Below, piece after piece: positions 19,341-29,000 of a stretch of DNA of 64,000 nt (positions are counted from its first letter, which is position 1; each line of letters opens with the position of its first letter). The translations under genes and the position numbers were made by a program. Below the pieces are notes generated by a model. The model ran no database searches, was not told where the DNA came from, and saw only the letters and a list, made by a program, of their open reading frames with translations. This DNA is from Candidatus Latescibacterota bacterium (lineage in GTDB: Bacteria > Latescibacterota > UBA2968 > UBA8231): positions 2,208,001 through 2,272,000 of the forward strand of contig OY730476.1 in the NCBI GenBank assembly GCA_963422735.1, written 5' to 3'.

Positions 19341-20415
19341 AAAATGCCTCGGCATTATCGACCATGATGCCCTGGCGCAATGCGTTGTCAATCGCCGGTG
19401 GCAGGGCACGGGCCGGCGAGTCAAAGTCCCAATGCGGATAGTCGGTGGCGAACATCAAGAAATCCTCGCAGCCGATCATGTCGATGATGTGCAACAAGTG
19501 CTGAGGGTCGTCTGGCTCTTCCATGGGCTGGGTCGTGGCGCGGCAGTGCTCGCGGATGTATTCGCTGGGCCGCTTCTTCAGCCACGGCACCTCGCTGCGC
19601 AAGCCCCGGTAGTTTTTGTCTAGCCGCCACATCAGCCCGGGCAACCACGCGAATCCCCCCTCGATAAGCGCGACGCGTAGATCTGGGAACTCGCAGAACA
19701 CCCCTTCGCAAACAACGCTGGTGACCTGCGCCTCAAAGGCTTGCGACATGGCCGTGTGATCTTCGATGTAATAGGAAGGCCAGCCGCAGGCCGTAATGGG
19801 CTGGCCACTGCCGCCGAAGTGGATTCCCACCGGCAGGCCGACCTCGCAGGCCGCGGCAAAAATCGGTCTGAACTGCCGCTTGCCATACGGCGCACTCGAC
19901 CGCACCAAGAGCAACACCTGCACAAAGCGCGGATCTGCCGCCGACCGCTTGATTTCCGCGGCCGCCTCCGCCGGATCGTTGGCATTGACCACAATTGAGC
20001 CGCGCCAGCGCGAATCGCGGTCGAGCCAAGCGTGCGCGGTCCACTCGTTGACTGCGCGCATCAGCGCATTGGCAAAATCGAGGTTGTGCAGGGACGTCAT
20101 GCCGTAGAGCGGGTTGAGCACGGCCACGTCAATGCCCCAAGCGTCGAGCAACTGGGTGCGCGCAAAATCGGGATCGCCGCCCGGCCTTAAGCCCGAAGGC
20201 GGCCAAGCATCGCGCCGCGCAGCTTGGGCAAACCCCTTGGGATAAATCGGCCCGGACGGGCCGCTAAACCCGGATTGCCGCACGTACGCCTGCCAGCGCG
20301 CCGACAAATAGGGCATGAGGTCGTCGATAGAGTTCGGATAGTTGTGGACATCGCAGTCGATCAGCGAAACGTCAGCCGAGGACGCGACTTCGACGGCGTA
20401 TTCGGTTTGGGACAT
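19321..20415 (-). CDS. Amidohydrolase_2 family metalloenzyme
   Basis: [34 protein letters not shown]. Confidence 0.9.
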   Translation of the reverse strand: MSQTEYAVEVASSADVSLIDCDVHNYPNSIDDLMPYLSARWQAYVRQSGFSGPSGPIYPKGFAQAARRDAWPPSGLRPGGDPDFARTQLLDAWGIDVAVLNPLYGMTSLHNLDFANALMRAVNEWTAHAWLDRDSRWRGSIVVNANDPAEAAAEIKRSAADPRFVQVLLLVRSSAPYGKRQFRPIFAAACEVGLPVGIHFGGSGQPITACGWPSYYIEDHTAMSQAFEAQVTSVVCEGVFCEFPDLRVALIEGGFAWLPGLMWRLDKNYRGLRSEVPWLKKRPSEYIREHCRATTQPMEEPDDPQHLLHIIDMIGCEDFLMFATDYPHWDFDSPARALPPAIDNALRQGIMVDNAEAFYGFAAR

Positions 20416-20528
20416 GATAGCGATTGCTTGGTGAAGGGTGAAGGGCGGGTGGTTTCTATTGAAGAATGGGGCGAACATAGGCTGCGTCAATTCCTCACTC
20501 CTCGCAGGTTGACGCGGGAGGAGCAGAT

Positions 20529-20558
20529 TTGTTCGCCAGCCTTGTTTAGTAGTATAAT
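20529..20558 (+). promoter_or_regulatory. Sigma70-like promoter
   Basis: TTGTTC-18 nt-TATAAT, 8 nt before ATG 20567. Confidence 0.5.
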
Positions 20559-20566
20559 ATCCCACT

Positions 20567-20965
20567 ATGGCTACGCCACTTACCGATCTAGAAGCGCGCT
20601 ATGGCCCGCGGCAAGGGCTGCTACCTGTGGGATGTCGATGGCCGGCGCTACGTCGATTGCGCCAACCACCACACGGCCCAAGTCCTCGGGCACGGGAACG
20701 AGCGCGTGGAGGCGGCCGTGCGCGAACAGATGCAAAAGGGCATTGCCTTGGGCGCACCCACTGGCATTGAGAGCGAGATCGCCCGCGCGATGTGCAACCG
20801 GGTGGATGCGCTGGAGCGGATTCGCTTTTTTTTCTTTCGCTCATCGAGCAAGGGTACTTCCTCGGTCCGGGGCTGAGCATGTGCGCACTTTCTACTCCCA
20901 TGGACGCCCAACACATCGACGGCTTAGTCGCCGCTGTGGGGAACGCGCTGGCGGAAATAGCCTAA
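20567..20965 (+). pseudogene. Collapsed class-III aminotransferase (GSA-aminomutase-like)
   Basis: RGKGCYLWDVDGRRYVD..VLGHG..ERIRF fused to C-terminal LIEQGYFL..ALSTPMDAQHIDGLVAAV; PLP core deleted. Confidence 0.82.
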
Positions 20966-20985
20966 ATACAACAACGGAGAACGCC

Positions 20986-21750
20986 ATGCCCGTGCTCAGC
21001 CCCGAACAAATCGCCCAGTACCAGCAAGACGGGTACACTATCTTGAGAAAGGCCCTCCCCGCAGCAGACGTGTGTACGCTCCGCGCCCACATCAAAGGGA
21101 TCGCTTCGGGCACGGTGCCCTTCCCGGAGGCGAGCATTGAGTTCGATCCCAACGCGCCCCGGCAACGCCACATCGATCACTTGCGCAAGATCAATGGACC
21201 GTCCCAATGCGATCCATTCTTCCGCGACCACGCAGCGCGGGAGCCGCTCCTCACCGCAGCCACCGACCTGCTCGGTCCAGACGTCAAGCTTTTCGGCGAC
21301 CAAGTTTTTATCAAGGGACCGGGTGGCATAGAAAAGACCTATCACCAAGACTCCGCGTACTTCCACATTGAGCCGATGGCCCTTGCCACCGCTTGGGTCG
21401 CCTTAGACGATGTAACCCTTAAAAATGGCTGCTTGTGGGTCGTGCCGGGCAGCCACCGCGAGGGGCTAGTGGACCACAGCGAGGTGTGGATGGTCGGCCC
21501 GCGGCAAGACAAGAAAGTTCCAGACGACGCCATCGACCGCCAGCGCGAACGTCCCATCCTGCTGCAAGCGGGCGACTGCTCCTTCCACCACAGCCTGCTT
21601 CTGCACCGCTCCGGCTCCAACCAGACGACGACGCGACGACGCGGAATGGCCACTCACTACATGAGCGCCCGCTCGCACTGGACGGGCCGCCCCGAGGACA
21701 AGCCTGAATATCCCCTGTTGCGGGGACGCGAATGCGCCGGCTGCGTCTGA
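20986..21750 (+). CDS. PhyH-family dioxygenase
   Basis: YQQDGY, FIKGP, YHQD, NGCLWVVPGSH, LLHRS; GGAG RBS. Confidence 0.92.
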   Translation: MPVLSPEQIAQYQQDGYTILRKALPAADVCTLRAHIKGIASGTVPFPEASIEFDPNAPRQRHIDHLRKINGPSQCDPFFRDHAAREPLLTAATDLLGPDVKLFGDQVFIKGPGGIEKTYHQDSAYFHIEPMALATAWVALDDVTLKNGCLWVVPGSHREGLVDHSEVWMVGPRQDKKVPDDAIDRQRERPILLQAGDCSFHHSLLLHRSGSNQTTTRRRGMATHYMSARSHWTGRPEDKPEYPLLRGRECAGCV

Positions 21751-21779
21751 GGCACCTCCCCTAACCAAAAGGAATATCC

Positions 21780-22424
21780 ATGAGCCAATACTGGGTTGAA
21801 GACGGACAAACGCTGCTGTTCATCGGCGACAGCATCACCGACTGCGGTCGCCGCGCTGCCGAGGCCCCGCTGGGCAACGGGTACGTGCGCCTGTTCGCCG
21901 AGCTGGCCACGGCCCGCTTCCCCGAGCGGCGGGTCCGCTACATCAACAAAGGCATCGGCGGCAACCGCGTCACCGATTTAGCCACCCGCTGGCGGGACGA
22001 CGTACTCTACCACCGGCCAGACCGGCTGTCGGTCAAAATCGGCATCAACGACCTGCACAGCCATTTGCGCGGTGCCGAAGACGGCGTCGATCCAGCCCGC
22101 TTCGCCGCCGCCTATGAACAGTTACTAGAGATTACCCAAGACGAACTAGGCTGTCCGCTCGTATTGCTCACCCCGTTTTACATTTCCACCGACCACAGCG
22201 GCCAGACCATCCGCAGCCAAGTACTCGAATTGCTGCCTCGGTATCTCGAAGTGGTGGAGCGGCTGGCCGAGCGTTTCAATGCCCGCCTAGTGCGCCTGCA
22301 CGACATCTTCCAACGGCAGCTTCAGTACCGCGACGCTGATACCTTCTGTCCAGAACCGGTCCACCCCAACCAAGCCGGACATTTGGTAATCGCCCAAGCC
22401 CTGATGGATACCCTGATCGCGTAG
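21780..22424 (+). CDS. SGNH/GDSL hydrolase
   Basis: GDSIT, GIGG, GIND, EPVHPN. Confidence 0.9.
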   Translation: MSQYWVEDGQTLLFIGDSITDCGRRAAEAPLGNGYVRLFAELATARFPERRVRYINKGIGGNRVTDLATRWRDDVLYHRPDRLSVKIGINDLHSHLRGAEDGVDPARFAAAYEQLLEITQDELGCPLVLLTPFYISTDHSGQTIRSQVLELLPRYLEVVERLAERFNARLVRLHDIFQRQLQYRDADTFCPEPVHPNQAGHLVIAQALMDTLIA

Positions 22425-22581
22425 GGGATAGCAGCTACCGTTGCGACCTTTCTAAAAAAGAAATTTCCGCGTACGTTAAGTTTACTCCTGCGCTTCTTCT
22501 CGATCCCGATCCATAATTAGCTACTCCAAGCAGGATAGCCGACTGCACATACCGTGCCACCCTAAAAGGAGAACGCGTATT

Positions 22582-24423
22582 ATGCTGCTTCGCTTAGCCC
22601 TATTCGCCCTTGCCGTTGGTCTATGGAGTTGTGGAGACGACAGCGATCCTGCACCAACGGCTCCAGAAGAGGCGGTTCTGCGCCCGACCGGACAGTTGCA
22701 GCCTTGGGATCTTTCGCCCATTGTCTCGGCTGACGAGGTTCGTTCCATGCCCGTGGGTACGCCCGTATTTCTGCGCACTGAATTTGCTCACGGTGAATTG
22801 GCTGACCTCGAAATGACCTTCGTCCAAGTGGTCGATGACTTCTTGTCGCCCATGCCGGTTTACATGGTAGAAGCCTCCGATCCCGTTTTGATACAGCTCG
22901 GGGGCATTGCTAAGGGGATGAGCGGTTCGCCCATTTTTACGGAGCAGGGCACTTGGGGGGCCATTGCTTATGGATTTGATTCCCAGGACAGCCCGCCGTA
23001 CTACTTTTTTGCCACCCCCATAGAATGGGTCATCGGCACTCGGGGAATGATGCCAGCGGCCAAACGCACGGCCACTTGGGAAGGCAACCGCATTACCCCT
23101 TTGGAAACCCCCTTGCTGAGCACGGGACTCAATGGGGTGCATTCGCTGCCTGAAGGGATCTCGTCCCTCCTGAGCACGGCCACCGCCGCTGGTCTGACCC
23201 AAGAGCGCCAAGACAGCTTTGAAGCAGGCAGGCCCCTGACGGTTGGGTTACTGCTCGGAGAGCTCACTGTAGGCACGTTGGGAACCATATCGTACGTCGA
23301 TGGCAACCGGATATATGGGTTTGGGCATCCAATGTCCGGTGCTGGTCCGGTAGAGCTTCCCATAATCGAAGCACGGGTACTCGGCGAAGTTTCCAATTTG
23401 TCCGCCCCGTATAAGTTTGCGACGCTGAATCCAACAGTGCGGGGAACCCTGACCGAAGACCGTTTGCCCGCGGTTCGCGGCGTCCTCAATGAGGAGCCAG
23501 ACTTAATACCTGTTAAGAGCGTATATGCGTTTCCTTCAGGGAGCACAGTCGAACTTGCACACAGGGTAGCCGTCGGTCTCGACTCATATACGTCGCTCGA
23601 TCTCGTTGCTGGTGCTGCTTTTATGCCTTTGGCCAACCGGATTGACAACGATCCTGAGCACAGCATCCGCGTTACAACGGATATTTCTTTTGCCGGCACC
23701 GATTCAACGCTCGCTCGTTCCCTGCTCTACTCCTCGCCAGAAGGGCGGCTTGGGGATTCCATTTTCAATGCTTATAGCGACTTATCATTCGCACTCTCGG
23801 AACTTATGACGCGGAACGACTACGCCTTGCAGGTGCGCGAGGCCGAGGTGCATGTCGAAGTGATTCCTGAGACTCGTTTTGCCACCGTGACGAAGGTTAC
23901 TACCGACTCGGTTATCAGCCTTGGCAGTACGCTGAATATTACCACTTTGCTGCGCGTGGGACGGCGCAGCAGCCGAGAGGTCGAACTGGCCCTCAGCGTG
24001 CCGGATACGCTGTTCCCTGGCTTTTACCAGCTCGAAGTGGGGTCTGTTGCAACATTAGGGGAAGATGCTGGTTGGGAATGGGAAAATGACCCGTCGTTGT
24101 TTGATGATTTTTGGGGCGCGGAAACGCTCGACGATGTTTTTGTACGAGTGAATAAACCCGACGAAAACGTCCTTTTAAAAGCTCGCTTGACGTTTGTCTC
24201 GCCATCCGGGCCACCGCCTTGGCTTGAAGGTGAGGGCGAACCTGAGTTCGGATTTGATGAGTTTCTGGATCCCGAGTTTCTAGATCCCGAGTTTCTGGAT
24301 CCCGGCTTTCCTCCTGCCCAGCCTGCACCTATTTCTACGCAGGAAGACGTCGATTTATTACTCACAGGTATTCAAACCCTTGAGATAGAAGTATTAGAAG
24401 GGGAAATAGTAGAAGAGGAGTAG
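22582..24423 (+). CDS. SpoIVB/peptidase S55-domain lipoprotein
   Basis: Lipobox LWSC, GIAKGMSGSP, GTISY..GFGHP; acidic tail. Confidence 0.82.
   Translation: MLLRLALFALAVGLWSCGDDSDPAPTAPEEAVLRPTGQLQPWDLSPIVSADEVRSMPVGTPVFLRTEFAHGELADLEMTFVQVVDDFLSPMPVYMVEASDPVLIQLGGIAKGMSGSPIFTEQGTWGAIAYGFDSQDSPPYYFFATPIEWVIGTRGMMPAAKRTATWEGNRITPLETPLLSTGLNGVHSLPEGISSLLSTATAAGLTQERQDSFEAGRPLTVGLLLGELTVGTLGTISYVDGNRIYGFGHPMSGAGPVELPIIEARVLGEVSNLSAPYKFATLNPTVRGTLTEDRLPAVRGVLNEEPDLIPVKSVYAFPSGSTVELAHRVAVGLDSYTSLDLVAGAAFMPLANRIDNDPEHSIRVTTDISFAGTDSTLARSLLYSSPEGRLGDSIFNAYSDLSFALSELMTRNDYALQVREAEVHVEVIPETRFATVTKVTTDSVISLGSTLNITTLLRVGRRSSREVELALSVPDTLFPGFYQLEVGSVATLGEDAGWEWENDPSLFDDFWGAETLDDVFVRVNKPDENVLLKARLTFVSPSGPPPWLEGEGEPEFGFDEFLDPEFLDPEFLDPGFPPAQPAPISTQEDVDLLLTGIQTLEIEVLEGEIVEEE
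24259..24303 (+). repeat. Coding 15-bp tandem repeat x3 (EFLDP)
   Basis: GAGTTTCT(G/A)GATCCC x3. Confidence 0.9.
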
Positions 24424-24453
24424 CAGGCCAGTACGCATACACCCCGTTAAAAC

Positions 24454-24485
24454 GCGGGAATTTCAAACAGCTTCTTAATTCCCGC
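24454..24485. terminator. Hairpin between convergent genes
   Basis: GCGGGAATT-14 nt-AATTCCCGC. Confidence 0.45.
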
Positions 24486-24542
24486 TATTAAGTTGTGAAG
24501 CCTTTATCTGCATCAACCTCTTTTGTAGATAAAGGCTCCTTT

Positions 24543-25637
24543 CTAATAATCTGCCACCGACCCATCCCGCAGTCGATTGTCCGGCCACTTAAACTGCCGC
24601 TCGCTCGCCCGGCCTACGGCAATGGCCTGTTCCTCGTCGATCTCCACCCCCAATCCCGGCCCCTCGGGCAGCGACGCATATCCCTCCGCATCCAAGGTCC
24701 ACGTCTTGTGCGCCACGCCTTCCGGCAGTTGGTGCTCATAGCCCTCGTGGATGAGGAAAAACGCCACTGAGGCCGCCACGTGTAAGCTCGCCGTCAGGCC
24801 CAAAAACGACATGGTGCAATGCGGGGCAATCGGCACGTGATGCGCCTCGCACAAAGCGGCGACCTTCTGCATCTGGCTGATGCCGCCGCCGTGGCCGCAG
24901 TCGGGCTGCAGGATATCGACGACTTGGGCCTCCAAAATCTCGCGCACCTCCCAAATGGTGCGGTCGCGCTCGCCAGTAGCCAACGGTACGGGCACGGCCG
25001 CACGTAGCTTGTGCATGGCCTCGATGTTGCCCGGCACCCACGCCTCTTCCAAAAAGAGCAAATCGTCCGGCTTGAGATAACCGGCAAATTGCTTGACCAG
25101 CGGCAGCGGCATCATGCTGTGTGCATCGAACATAACCGCCCCATCCGGCCCCACCTTGGCGCGGGCGTCGGCCACCCGCTGTACCAACTCCGCCACCTCG
25201 GCTGGCGTCCCCGCGTGATAGCGCGCCCCCCCAGGGCTGACCTTGATCGCCTTCGGGCTAGGATACATCCATACCTTGTCGCGGCAGGGGCCGCCCAACA
25301 GGCGATATACCGGCACCTGATAGAGCTTGCCGGCAATGTCCCATAGCGCCATGTCAATGGCCGCAATCACGTGCATCATCAGCCCGCCGCCGCGCAGGTT
25401 GCGATGGGCGCGGAACAGCCGCTGCCAGTGGTGCTCGATGCGCGTCGGGTTTTCGCCGACGATGAGCGAGCCCAGCGACTCGGCCAAGGTGCAGGCGACT
25501 TTGGTTTCCACGTTGTTGATCTCGCCCCAGCCGACCTCCCCCATATTCGTCTCCACCTTCACGTATCCCTTGGCTCCCACCGGAATGGCCGTCAAGCGCT
25601 CGACTCGAATGGCCGAGCCGCGATCTTCCACTTTCAT
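24543..25637 (-). CDS. Mandelate racemase-subgroup acid-sugar dehydratase (DgoD-like)
   Basis: IDMALWDIAGK, FDAH, LEE, ATGER, LQPD, APH, PEGPGLG. Confidence 0.85.
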   Translation of the reverse strand: MKVEDRGSAIRVERLTAIPVGAKGYVKVETNMGEVGWGEINNVETKVACTLAESLGSLIVGENPTRIEHHWQRLFRAHRNLRGGGLMMHVIAAIDMALWDIAGKLYQVPVYRLLGGPCRDKVWMYPSPKAIKVSPGGARYHAGTPAEVAELVQRVADARAKVGPDGAVMFDAHSMMPLPLVKQFAGYLKPDDLLFLEEAWVPGNIEAMHKLRAAVPVPLATGERDRTIWEVREILEAQVVDILQPDCGHGGGISQMQKVAALCEAHHVPIAPHCTMSFLGLTASLHVAASVAFFLIHEGYEHQLPEGVAHKTWTLDAEGYASLPEGPGLGVEIDEEQAIAVGRASERQFKWPDNRLRDGSVADY

Positions 25638-25661
25638 TATGCTTCCTCCTATTTTAAGATT

Positions 25662-25852
25662 CGGACTTTCCTAGAATAAGGACTGTTTAATCAGTGGTCA
25701 GGGGTCAGGGGTCAGTCCCATCCGCCCCCTTGGCGACGGGTCCCGGAACATCGACGCGGGGGACCGCGCGGGCCCGGACGAGGGCTACGGGCATACCGAG
25801 TGAAACCGCCTACATGAAACCGGAATCCCCAACCGTACACTAGGAAATTCCG
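25662..25852. mobile_element. MITE, IS1595-family (ISNha5-like ends), copy 1, 191 bp
   Basis: TIR CGGACTTTCCTAG / CTAGGAAATTCCG (12/13); perfect 8-bp TSD TTAAGATT at 25654-25661 and 25853-25860. Confidence 0.88.
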
Positions 25853-25865
25853 TTAAGATTTGCTT

Positions 25866-26504
25866 CTAACGCCATTCTCCTGCGGTTGCGACCTGCTTGA
25901 CCTCCGCGGCCAGTCGTTGGAATGCGGCTAATCTATGCAGAATACTAAAATCGCCGATCATTTCAGCCACGCGATGGGCGCCCGACCGCCAATTGAAACG
26001 CTCTAGGCGACGCCCTTGGAGACCGCTTGCCTGACGCAGGAGCTCGCAGAGGAGTTGTTTGGGATCGGCCAACTCTTCGAGCTTTTGCACATCTGGCATA
26101 TCTAGCGGCTGAGTGCCGTTGGGATTGCCCGCAGCCTTTCTCAACGCAGCTTCGTCGATGAGCAACCACGCTTCCTGCATCCGCACGGGGACCACGCAAA
26201 CAACGCGAACCAAACCTTCCACTGAACTTTCCTCTAGGGCCTCGCAGATTTCTGCATCGCGCTCTTCAATTGAAGCACTCTCCGCGTCCCGATGCACAAA
26301 GAGCAGCTCGCAAGGATACAGTTCAACGCTCCGGTTAATGCGCTCGGAAAGTTTCTTGGGAGGATGTGGCAAGCGACTCAGGTCGGCAAACTCCGCTTGG
26401 ATGGGAATCGCACCATAGGACTGGCGCAACAGCCAAGTGAGAATCGGTAGGAGGGCGCGGTCAGACGATCCATCCGCCACCAGCGTGTAGCGCATTTCCT
26501 GCAT
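25866..26504 (-). CDS. DUF4276-like (TOPRIM-like) protein
   Basis: LVADGSSD, FVHRDAE, VPVRMQEAWLLID, DPK; follows the ABC ATPase. Confidence 0.7.
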   Translation of the reverse strand: MQEMRYTLVADGSSDRALLPILTWLLRQSYGAIPIQAEFADLSRLPHPPKKLSERINRSVELYPCELLFVHRDAESASIEERDAEICEALEESSVEGLVRVVCVVPVRMQEAWLLIDEAALRKAAGNPNGTQPLDMPDVQKLEELADPKQLLCELLRQASGLQGRRLERFNWRSGAHRVAEMIGDFSILHRLAAFQRLAAEVKQVATAGEWR

Positions 26505-26515
26505 CCGACGCCAGA

Positions 26516-27964
26516 CTACCCAGAAAAAGATAGAAGGAGTTGCATATCCGCCCTATCGACTACCCGTTTCTGCTTTGATACCTCTATGTAATTCTTAGGC
26601 AGCACCGGATTCAGATAAGGAAGCAGATCGCCGCGCACGGCGTCCTCGCCCACTTTGGCTCGCCAAGTATCGGACAGGCAGAGAAAATGAGCCTTTTTGC
26701 AGAGGCGTCCCTCCTCGTCTATGGCCTCTTTGGCCTTTACAAATACAACGCTATCATCCGGGACTTGCTGGAATACTACAGGCGAGTGAGTATTGACGAT
26801 CATTTGGCGTAGTGGATTATCCTCCCCAACAGGCTCTTGGGTATTCACTGCAATATCCTTGAGTAGTTGCAGTATAGCTGGAATCCGAGCCGGATGAATG
26901 CCATTTTCCGGCTCTTCCAAACAAAGCACTCCCTGCATCTCCGGGTCGCTCTCCAAGACAGCCAGCGCAAGGAAGCGCAAAGTACCGTCCGACAGAGCGC
27001 GTGCTGGATGAAAGGTTCCTTCCTCGTTTTTTGCATACAAAGTCAATAGTTCCCGCTTCTCATCTCGCTCTATATGGATATCATGCACACCGTCGATGAG
27101 TTCGACTAAGCGGTTGGCAATCTGGCTATATACGGAGCCTCCTTCCGGTTGCCCATCACGGCGGGCCAAGCGATACAACGTAGCCGCCAGATGGCGGCCA
27201 TCCGCACCTAAGCGTGTATGAGCACTAAATTCATCGGGCTTTCTCAGGGCCGAAGGTTCCAGTTGCAACATCTGCCAAGATTCCATTTCTCGGCGAGCAA
27301 CCAATACCGTGGGGCTTTCCGCCGCATTGGCTATGGAGAGCACTGTGCGAGGTAGATTAGCGGCTGATCGGGGCAAAGGACGCCCACTGGTGCCGCCATC
27401 CTGATGCAGTTTTATGACTCTATTTTCGCCCTCGTCGGCGGTTGAAATGAAGGGTGCGTGGCGCTTGCCGCATACTGCGGATTTGCGCCAGTCCTTTGCA
27501 CTGTGAGGAAATAAAAGGTGTTGGGAGGCGTCGCGTTGGGCGATGGGGACCAATTCTTCTTTGACGATGGCGAGATTACCTCGCACCAGGCTGTCAGCCG
27601 TCTCGTGGTAAGCAAGCTCTAGGGAATAACGCAAAAATGTAATACTGGCTTCGGCTTCCTGCCCCAAGTCGTCGGTGGCTCGCCGCGGCACGATCATCTC
27701 GGCCTCAAAAGTCATGCGCTCGGCATAGTGGTTGCCTACGCGGTGAAAAAGGTCGCGCACGGGTGCTGTGCGGCTGTCTTGGTCGCGCACGGCGGCGGCG
27801 GCCTCCATGAGCGTGTGATTGGCCAGTGCGCTCAGGAACCGAATCGCGTCGAATAGGTTCGACTTACCCACCCCATTCGGCCCAACCACACAGGTAAACG
27901 GACCGAGGTACAAATCCACATCCACCAAATTTTTGAAGTTAGAGACTTTCAGTCGGGTCAACAT
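26516..27964 (-). CDS. AAA_21/RecF-like ABC-family ATPase
   Basis: Walker A GPNGVGKS, signature LSDGT, Walker B LCLEEPENG, NTHSP. Confidence 0.9.
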   Translation of the reverse strand: MLTRLKVSNFKNLVDVDLYLGPFTCVVGPNGVGKSNLFDAIRFLSALANHTLMEAAAAVRDQDSRTAPVRDLFHRVGNHYAERMTFEAEMIVPRRATDDLGQEAEASITFLRYSLELAYHETADSLVRGNLAIVKEELVPIAQRDASQHLLFPHSAKDWRKSAVCGKRHAPFISTADEGENRVIKLHQDGGTSGRPLPRSAANLPRTVLSIANAAESPTVLVARREMESWQMLQLEPSALRKPDEFSAHTRLGADGRHLAATLYRLARRDGQPEGGSVYSQIANRLVELIDGVHDIHIERDEKRELLTLYAKNEEGTFHPARALSDGTLRFLALAVLESDPEMQGVLCLEEPENGIHPARIPAILQLLKDIAVNTQEPVGEDNPLRQMIVNTHSPVVFQQVPDDSVVFVKAKEAIDEEGRLCKKAHFLCLSDTWRAKVGEDAVRGDLLPYLNPVLPKNYIEVSKQKRVVDRADMQLLLSFSG

Positions 27965-28124
27965 AGATCCTCTCCTCATTGGGAGGGCTTACATCTCTTG
28001 GTTCTAGTCAGATGTTCAAATAATAGGCAACCTCTTAAACCCCTGCTACTCATTCGGCATTGGCCCTACCGACGCCTCGTTCTTAGCTTAAAAAAACTAC
28101 CCTCACTTAACGACAGGAGACATT

Positions 28125-28859
28125 ATGGTCGAACCCAACGACATCCAACGCCCCTCCAAAGACCTCATCAATGCCCTCGCCCCTATCTCCAGCGCGACCG
28201 CGGCTGGCGAACTAGCCCGCTTGGGCATCCGCGATCCTCACATCCAAGGCCCAATCGCCCGCACCCCGGGCAAGCACATCGTCGGCCCAGCCTTGACCTT
28301 GCAGTTTATGCCCAAGCGCGAAGACCAGTACTCGGTCGATGAGTACGCCGACCCGGAAAAGCAACTCCACCGCCACGCCCTCTACCACACCCAACCCGGC
28401 GACATCATCGTCGTCGATGCCCGCGGCGACCTGCACAGCGGGGTCTTCGGCGAGATGATGCTCACCTTCTTCATGGGGCGCGGCGGCGCCGGTGCAGTCA
28501 TCGACGGCTGCATCCGCGACTTCCCCAAAGTGATCGAAGATCTCGACATCGGACTTTGGCTACGCGGCACAACCCCCAACTTCCACACCCAAACCAACAT
28601 CTTCCCCTTCGCAGTCAACGTGCCCATCGCCTGCAGCGACACCTTAGTCATGCCCGGGGACATCATCATCGCCGACGACGACGGCGCCACCGTCGTCCCG
28701 GCCCAACTCGCCCCCGAACTAACCGAAAAGGCCCACGCCCACGCCGAGTGGGAGGACTTCAGCCGCATGAGGCTGGCCGAGGGCGGGCACCTGCGCAAGT
28801 ACTACCCGCTTAGCGAAGAAGCGCGCACCGAATACGAAGCGTGGAAGAATAACCAATGA
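28125..28859 (+). CDS. RraA-like / HMG-aldolase family protein
   Basis: VGPALT, GVFGEMM, IDGCIRD, PGDIIIADDDG. Confidence 0.88.
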   Translation: MVEPNDIQRPSKDLINALAPISSATAAGELARLGIRDPHIQGPIARTPGKHIVGPALTLQFMPKREDQYSVDEYADPEKQLHRHALYHTQPGDIIVVDARGDLHSGVFGEMMLTFFMGRGGAGAVIDGCIRDFPKVIEDLDIGLWLRGTTPNFHTQTNIFPFAVNVPIACSDTLVMPGDIIIADDDGATVVPAQLAPELTEKAHAHAEWEDFSRMRLAEGGHLRKYYPLSEEARTEYEAWKNNQ

Positions 28860-28998
28860 CCACTGATCACTAACCACTAACCACTGATCACTAACCACTA
28901 ACCACTGATCACTAACCACTAACCACTGATCACTAACCACTAACCACTGATCACTAACCACTAACCACTGATCACTAACCACTAACCACTGATCACTA
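28853..28998. repeat. Heptamer-based tandem array with 21-bp higher-order unit
   Basis: (CCACTGA TCACTAA CCACTAA) x6.6, perfect, from 28860. Confidence 0.97.
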
Positions 28999-29000
28999 CT

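Noticed and set aside
28853-28998. CRISPR array, or an SDQWLVV-repeat protein (ORF 28719-29687 minus)
   Set aside because: No spacers; the ORF is a shadow of the sulfatase running through the DNA repeat
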